DNA of 64,000 bases from an uncultured Collinsella sp. (lineage in GTDB: Bacteria; Actinomycetota; Coriobacteriia; Coriobacteriales; Coriobacteriaceae), in the NCBI GenBank assembly GCA_900550195.1, contig URRB01000010.1:11979-75978 (forward strand). Reading direction: 5' to 3'. Of this stretch, positions 58,840-64,000 are shown in pieces. A model generated the notes under the pieces. The model ran no database searches and was not told the DNA's origin. It worked only from the letters and a program-made list of their open reading frames with translations. The position numbers were made by a program, and so were the translations under genes. Every line of letters starts with the position of its first letter. Positions within the stretch are counted from its first letter, which is position 1.

Positions 58840-60219
58840 CTAGTGCACAAACATGCGCACGAACTTGTGCTTCCAGCTTGCGTAGGGCGCATAGCGGAAC
58901 GGCACGTCCAGCCAGGTTGCCTTGCTCACGATGCTCTTCTTGTGGCTAAACGCATCGAAGCTTTCACGGCCATGGTACTGTCCCATGCCGCTTGCGCCCA
59001 TGCCGCCAAAGCCCATATGGCTCGTAGCCAGATGCATGATCGTGTCGTTAACGCAGCCGCCGCCAAAGGGCACGTAGCGCACAAAGCGCTGCTGCACCGC
59101 GCGGTCCCGGCTAAAGATGTACAGGGCCAGCGGCGTCGGACGCTCCATAATAAACGCCTCGGCCTCGTCTAGACCTTCAAACGTCAGCACCGGCAAGATG
59201 GGGCCGAAAATCTCCTCCTGCATCACGGCATCCTCGGGCGTCACGCCGTCCAGGATCGTCGGCTCAATCTTGAGCGAGGCCTCGCGTGCCGCACCTCCCA
59301 GCACAACCTTGTCGGGATCGATCAGCCCGCGCACGCGCGCGAAATGCTTGGCGTTGACGATATGGCCGTAGTCCTCGTTGTCGAGCGGGTGCTCGCCAAA
59401 CATGCGGCGGACTTCCTCCTTGATGAGGCCCAATAGCTCGTCGTGCACGCGCGCGTCAACCAGCAGATAGTCGGGCGCCACGCAGGTCTGGCCCACGTTG
59501 AGCCACTTACCAAAGGCGATACGCCGCGCCGCGACCTTCAGATTTGCGGAGGCGTCCACGATGCAGGGGCTCTTGCCACCCAGCTCAAGCGTCACGGGCG
59601 TGAGATTTTTGCTCGCGTGCTCCATGACAAGCTTGCCGACCGGAACGCTGCCGGTAAAGAAGATTTTGTCCCAGCGCTCATCGAGCAGCGCCTTGTTCTC
59701 GGCACGGCCGCCCTCGACGACCGTCACCAGGCGCGGATTAAACGCTTCCTCGCAAATCTGCTTGAGCACCGCACTTGAAGCCGGCGCATAGGCACTCGGC
59801 TTGATGACCACCGTGTTGCCCGCAGCGAGTGCACCGGCGAGCGGCTCGAGCGTCAACAAAAACGGGTAGTTCCAAGGCGCCATAATCAGCGTCACGCCAT
59901 AGGGAACCGGCTGCGTCCTGCACACGCTAATGGCATTGGCGAGGTCGCACGGGCGCAGGCGTGCGCGACTCCATCGGGCCACATGCGCAATCTGATGGCG
60001 AATCTCGGAAAGCGACGTGCCGATCTCGCACATATACGCCTCGTCGTGCGACTTGCCCAAATCGGTCTTGAGCGCCCGGGCGATATCGTCCTCGTGCGCC
60101 CGCACCGCATCGCGCAGGCGCACGAGCGCGCGGCGGCGAGCATCGACATCGAACGTGGCATGCGTCTTAAAATAGGCGCGCTGACTGCTAACGATGCATG
60201 CGATTTCCTCGGTGTTCAT
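58840..60219 (-). CDS. Aldehyde dehydrogenase (ALDH3-like)
   Basis: PWNYP, FTGS, LELGGKSP, GQTCVAPDY, EEIFGP. Confidence 0.93.
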   Translation of the reverse strand: MNTEEIACIVSSQRAYFKTHATFDVDARRRALVRLRDAVRAHEDDIARALKTDLGKSHDEAYMCEIGTSLSEIRHQIAHVARWSRARLRPCDLANAISVCRTQPVPYGVTLIMAPWNYPFLLTLEPLAGALAAGNTVVIKPSAYAPASSAVLKQICEEAFNPRLVTVVEGGRAENKALLDERWDKIFFTGSVPVGKLVMEHASKNLTPVTLELGGKSPCIVDASANLKVAARRIAFGKWLNVGQTCVAPDYLLVDARVHDELLGLIKEEVRRMFGEHPLDNEDYGHIVNAKHFARVRGLIDPDKVVLGGAAREASLKIEPTILDGVTPEDAVMQEEIFGPILPVLTFEGLDEAEAFIMERPTPLALYIFSRDRAVQQRFVRYVPFGGGCVNDTIMHLATSHMGFGGMGASGMGQYHGRESFDAFSHKKSIVSKATWLDVPFRYAPYASWKHKFVRMFVH

Positions 60220-60227
60220 GGGCCCTC

Positions 60228-61448
60228 CTAGTTCTCGTCCTCAAACATACCACCCGCGACGACCTCGTACATATGCTCGAGCTCCAAACGGTCCATTAAA
60301 AGCGGGACAGGATACAGCGGATTGGCCTCGGCATCGGCATGGGCCGCCATTTGCGGAATATCGGAGCGACGAATACCCGAGACATATTTAGGAATTCCCA
60401 AGGCCTCGTTCATGCGATCGACCCAATCGATAAAGGCCTCGGCGGCAAGACTGTCCTGCGCGGTGGCCGGCGCGATGCCCGCCATGCGAGCAAGATCGGC
60501 AAGCTTGGGAGCGGCGGTGTCGCCATAGGCGCGAAGCATGTGCGGCAGGATGATGGCGTTGGCCAAACCGTGTGGAATGCCGTATCGGCCGCCCAGGCTG
60601 TGCGCGATGGCGTGCACGTATCCGACATAGGAGCGCGTAAATGCGACGCCCGCCTTATACGCCGCCGAAAGCATATTGCGGCGCGCACGCATGTTGTCGC
60701 CATGTTCATAGGCCTCGAGCAAATTGTCGTGGATGAGCTGAACCGCCTGGCGCGCCATCTTGCGCGTGTAGGGCGTAGTGCTGCGGCCGACAAAGGCCTC
60801 TACGGCATGCGTCAGGGCATCCATGCCCGTCTGTCCCGTAATGGCAGCAGGCAGGCCACGCGTAAACTCGGGATCGTGCACCGCAAAGCGCGGGATGAGC
60901 ACAAAGTCGTTGATGGGGTACTTATAGTGCGCCTCGTCGTCGGTGATAACCGCCGCGAGCGTGACTTCGCTTCCCGTTCCGGCGGTAGTGGGAACCGCGA
61001 TAAGCAGCGGCAGGAGACGGTGGACGCGCAGCAGGCCGCGCATCTTGTTGATGGGCTTGTTTGGCTGCGCAATGCGCGCGCCCACGCCCTTGGCGCAGTC
61101 CATGGCCGAACCGCCACCAAAGCCGATAATGGCCCGGCAGTCGTTCTCGCGATACAGCGCCGCCGCTTCCTCTACATTCGAGACCGTGGGGTTCGCACGC
61201 GTTTCGGCATAGACCGTAACGCCAATTCCCTTTGCCGCAAGTGCGCTCTCGAGTGATGCCGTGAGTCCCAAACGGGCAATGCCGGGGTCCGTCACAATGA
61301 GAACGTGCTTGATCGAGCGCTTTTGAAGTACCGCGGGTACATCCTCGGCATGCTCCAAAATGCGCGGCTCGGTATAGGGCAGGATCGGCAATGCGATGCG
61401 AAAAACCGTCTGATATGTTCGGCACCAGGCACGACGGGCTAGATGCAT
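60228..61448 (-). CDS. Iron-containing alcohol dehydrogenase
   Basis: GGGS.MD.AK, PTTAGTGSE, DALTHA.E, HAIAH.LGG...HG. Confidence 0.93.
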   Translation of the reverse strand: MHLARRAWCRTYQTVFRIALPILPYTEPRILEHAEDVPAVLQKRSIKHVLIVTDPGIARLGLTASLESALAAKGIGVTVYAETRANPTVSNVEEAAALYRENDCRAIIGFGGGSAMDCAKGVGARIAQPNKPINKMRGLLRVHRLLPLLIAVPTTAGTGSEVTLAAVITDDEAHYKYPINDFVLIPRFAVHDPEFTRGLPAAITGQTGMDALTHAVEAFVGRSTTPYTRKMARQAVQLIHDNLLEAYEHGDNMRARRNMLSAAYKAGVAFTRSYVGYVHAIAHSLGGRYGIPHGLANAIILPHMLRAYGDTAAPKLADLARMAGIAPATAQDSLAAEAFIDWVDRMNEALGIPKYVSGIRRSDIPQMAAHADAEANPLYPVPLLMDRLELEHMYEVVAGGMFEDEN

Positions 61449-61636
61449 AAAGGAAACTCCTTCATTTGTTGATGGGTCAACATTTGCTCGACCGATTGTA
61501 CTCATCGAGGAGCGCAGGCAACCTGCCAAACGTCAATCAATCAACATCTTCATATTGTTCGGAGCTGCTTGGCGTCATCCGGTGTTAGTCTTTCAGGGTC
61601 CATTGGATTCACGTCCGCCGCAAAGGAGGCGCAAAG

Positions 61637-62530
61637 GTGCATGACATCTGGAACCCCTGGCATGGCTGCACGCGCGTCAGCGAGGGATGCGACAACTGCT
61701 ACATGTATTACATGGACGGGCAACGCGGTATCGACCCTTCCGTGATTAGCAAAAGCAAGTCGGGCTTTACCTATCCCCTCCAACGCCGCCGAGACGGTAG
61801 CTACAAAGTTCGCGCCGGCGAGCTTATCCGCATCTGCATGACGAGCGACTTCTTGTTGCCCGAGGCCGATCCCTGGCGACCAGAAGTATGGGATATCATT
61901 CGCCAGAGGCCCGACGTAAAGTTCTTCATTCTGACCAAACGTCCCGAGCGTTTTTGCGACTGTCTGCCCAGCGACTGGGGCGATGGCTGGCAAAACGTCA
62001 TGCTCAACGTAACCTGCGAAAACCAGCGCAGGGCAAATGAACGGATTCCCCTCCTGCTCGCCACGCCGGCAGCACACCGCGGCATCATGTGTGCGCCGTT
62101 TATTGGAAGCGTGTCGGTCGAAAAAGCCGCCCCCGGTAGCCTTGGAAAGCCCGATGGGATCGAGCAGGTCATCGCGGGCGGAGAAAACTACGCGGGAGCG
62201 CGTCCCTGCCATTACGAATGGGTGCGCCAGCTGCATGCTGAATGCGTGGCGGCAAATGCGATGTTCGCCTTCATCGAAACCGGAAGCACCTTCGTTAAGG
62301 ACGGGCGAACATATCACCTTCGCAGCAAAAACCTGCAAAGCGAGCAGGCGTGGAAATCAGGCCTCCAACACCGCGGCCGCCAAATCGAATGGGACCTAAG
62401 GGATCCGCTCGGCCTGGAAATCCCCAGTTCGGAGCTCTGGGATCCACCGTATTTTGAGTGGTGCGAAACCTGCGGAAGCAAGTTCATCTGCAACGGCTGC
62501 GTCCGCTGCGGACTATGCGGACGTTGTTAG
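61637..62530 (+). CDS. DUF5131 (phage Gp37/Gp68-like) radical SAM protein
   Basis: WNPWHGC..VS.GC.NCY, SDF, LTKRPER, ENQ, GGE; C-terminal Cys cluster. Confidence 0.85.
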   Translation: MHDIWNPWHGCTRVSEGCDNCYMYYMDGQRGIDPSVISKSKSGFTYPLQRRRDGSYKVRAGELIRICMTSDFLLPEADPWRPEVWDIIRQRPDVKFFILTKRPERFCDCLPSDWGDGWQNVMLNVTCENQRRANERIPLLLATPAAHRGIMCAPFIGSVSVEKAAPGSLGKPDGIEQVIAGGENYAGARPCHYEWVRQLHAECVAANAMFAFIETGSTFVKDGRTYHLRSKNLQSEQAWKSGLQHRGRQIEWDLRDPLGLEIPSSELWDPPYFEWCETCGSKFICNGCVRCGLCGRC

Positions 62531-62551
62531 ACGGCTGCGGCTAAATTGTTT

Positions 62552-62572
62552 TATTAAAAATCATTCCTAATA
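62552..62572 (+). promoter_or_regulatory. Fur/PerR-like box upstream of rubrerythrin
   Basis: AT-rich imperfect palindrome TATTAAAAAT-C-ATTCCTAATA. Confidence 0.5.
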
Positions 62573-62687
62573 GGCTTCACATTTAGTTGCATTTATGGAT
62601 AATAGAACTCGTCAAGACGCGCGTCCGGAGAGGGCCCTTACGGGACCGGATAAGCGCCCCATCGCCATCGATCGAAAGGATCGAATC

Positions 62688-63248
62688 ATGAAGTTTGTTT
62701 GCCCCGTTTGCGGTTATGTGGAAGAGTTCGACGGCGACCAGCTGCCCGAGGACTTCAAGTGCCCCCAGTGCGGCGTCCCCGGTTCTCGTTTCCTGAAGCA
62801 GGAGGAGGGCCAGCTCGAGTGGGCTGCCGAGCACGTCGTGGGCGTCGCCAAGATGGAGGGCGTCTCCGAGGATATCGTTGCCGACCTGCGCGCCAACTTT
62901 GAGGGCGAGTGCTCCGAGGTCGGTATGTACCTGGCCATGGCTCGCGTTGCTCATCGCGAGGGCTATCCCGAGATCGGCCTGTACTGGGAGAAGGCTGCCT
63001 ACGAGGAGGCCGAGCATGCCGCCAAGTTCGCTGAGCTGCTGGGCGAGGTCGTGACCGACTCCACCAAGAAGAACCTCGAGATGCGTGTTGAGGCCGAGAA
63101 CGGCGCCACCGCCGGTAAGACCGATCTTGCCAAGCGCGCCAAGGCCGCTGGTCTCGATGCCATCCACGACACCGTGCACGAGATGGCTCGCGACGAGGCT
63201 CGCCACGGCAAGGCTTTCGCCGGTCTGCTCAAGCGCTACTTCGGCTAA
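62688..63248 (+). CDS. Reverse rubrerythrin / NADH peroxidase
   Basis: N-terminal CPVCG...CPQCG rubredoxin domain; GE.SE, EEAEHA, DEARH di-iron motifs. Confidence 0.92.
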   Translation: MKFVCPVCGYVEEFDGDQLPEDFKCPQCGVPGSRFLKQEEGQLEWAAEHVVGVAKMEGVSEDIVADLRANFEGECSEVGMYLAMARVAHREGYPEIGLYWEKAAYEEAEHAAKFAELLGEVVTDSTKKNLEMRVEAENGATAGKTDLAKRAKAAGLDAIHDTVHEMARDEARHGKAFAGLLKRYFG

Positions 63249-63281
63249 GCCAACCGCCTGAGAGATAATCTTTAGCTCGAT

Positions 63282-63313
63282 AAGGCCCGGACCGCATGGT
63301 TCGGGCCTTTTTT
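63282..63313 (+). terminator. Intrinsic terminator after rubrerythrin
   Basis: AGGCCCGGACC/GGTTCGGGCCT stem followed by a T-tract. Confidence 0.8.
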
Positions 63314-63320
63314 CATGCCC

Positions 63321-64000
63321 TTATTGCAGCTGCTTTTGCAGCGCGTCGAGTACTTGAGGGCTCAGGTCGTCGTATTGGACGAGGACACGGCGCGTAGTCC
63401 TCTGGATCGTCGTCTGATCGTTTGCCCATAGGCAATCGTCAATGTTGACGTAAGGGATGCCGACATCGGTGATAGCACGAATAAGGCCATCCCCCACCTT
63501 GTCGCTTGCCGGCGCCAAAACGCAGTAAAGACCCGCATCCGCATGCCCAATCGACACCTCTCCTACCGGAAACGCCTTCCGTACAAGTGCCACCAGGCCA
63601 TCACGCGCCTCACGAGCACGAACGCGCACGCGGTTCACATGTCGCTCGTAATCACCCGATTCGAGCAAGCGCGCCAACGCGACCTGATCTACGGAGCTGA
63701 CCGATGAGGCATAAAAACCCAGCTCACGCCTAAATCGTTCCATGAGCTCATCGGGCAGGACCATATACGCCAAACGCAGGGCCGACGACAGGCTTTTCGA
63801 AAAGGTATTGGTGTAGATGACCGATTGGGCAGCATCAATCGACGCGAGTGCGGGGATCGGTTTGCCGGCAAGGCGAAACTCGCAATCGAAATCGTCCTCA
63901 ATGAGATATCGACCCGGCCGCTCGGCAGCCCAGCTCAGGAGTGCGTAGCGACGTGCGATGCTCGTCACCAGGCCAGTCGGATACTGATGGGACGGCATGA
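63321..64000 (-). CDS. MocR/GabR-family PLP-dependent regulator, C-terminal part (5' end outside the window)
   Basis: PSHQYPTG, IEDDFD.EFR, TFSKSL...LR. Confidence 0.88.
   Translation of the reverse strand, partial: MPSHQYPTGLVTSIARRYALLSWAAERPGRYLIEDDFDCEFRLAGKPIPALASIDAAQSVIYTNTFSKSLSSALRLAYMVLPDELMERFRRELGFYASSVSSVDQVALARLLESGDYERHVNRVRVRAREARDGLVALVRKAFPVGEVSIGHADAGLYCVLAPASDKVGDGLIRAITDVGIPYVNIDDCLWANDQTTIQRTTRRVLVQYDDLSPQVLDALQKQLQ

Noticed and set aside
61637..62530. Prophage inferred from the Gp37/Gp68-like gene
   Set aside because: No structural, integrase or replication phage genes nearby; flanked by metabolic genes

Overview
High-GC chromosomal window from an anaerobic gut actinobacterium, most consistent with Coriobacteriia such as Collinsella (inferred from gene content and codon style, not from a marker gene). 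The core content is a liv branched-chain amino-acid ABC operon, hom, purL, transporters, an Etf/FAD-oxidase cluster, tRNA-modification enzymes, helicases, a BglG-controlled PTS operon, alcohol and aldehyde dehydrogenases and a rubrerythrin. Notable accessory elements: (1) a more AT-rich island at 10.8-17.0 kb (FHA, SPFH/Zn-ribbon, membrane protein, HEPN-motif protein, Zn-ribbon/TPR, plus a convergent Fic gene), bracketed by two direct copies of an unusual array in which a 15-bp motif recurs every 31 bp in alternating orientation; (2) a Shango-type defence operon with a LexA-like box over its promoter; (3) a type I toxin-antitoxin locus absent from the ORF track (27-aa hydrophobic toxin, antisense RNA, LexA-like box); (4) Elp3 close to a Trm9-like methyltransferase, suggesting mcm5U tRNA modification; (5) a WxL/csc-like surface-protein operon; (6) a 59-aa polarised microprotein absent from the ORF track; (7) a 3alpha-HSDH-like SDR. 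No rRNA, tRNA, canonical CRISPR array, integrase or transposase was recognised. All family calls come from motif recognition by eye; no database searches were run.
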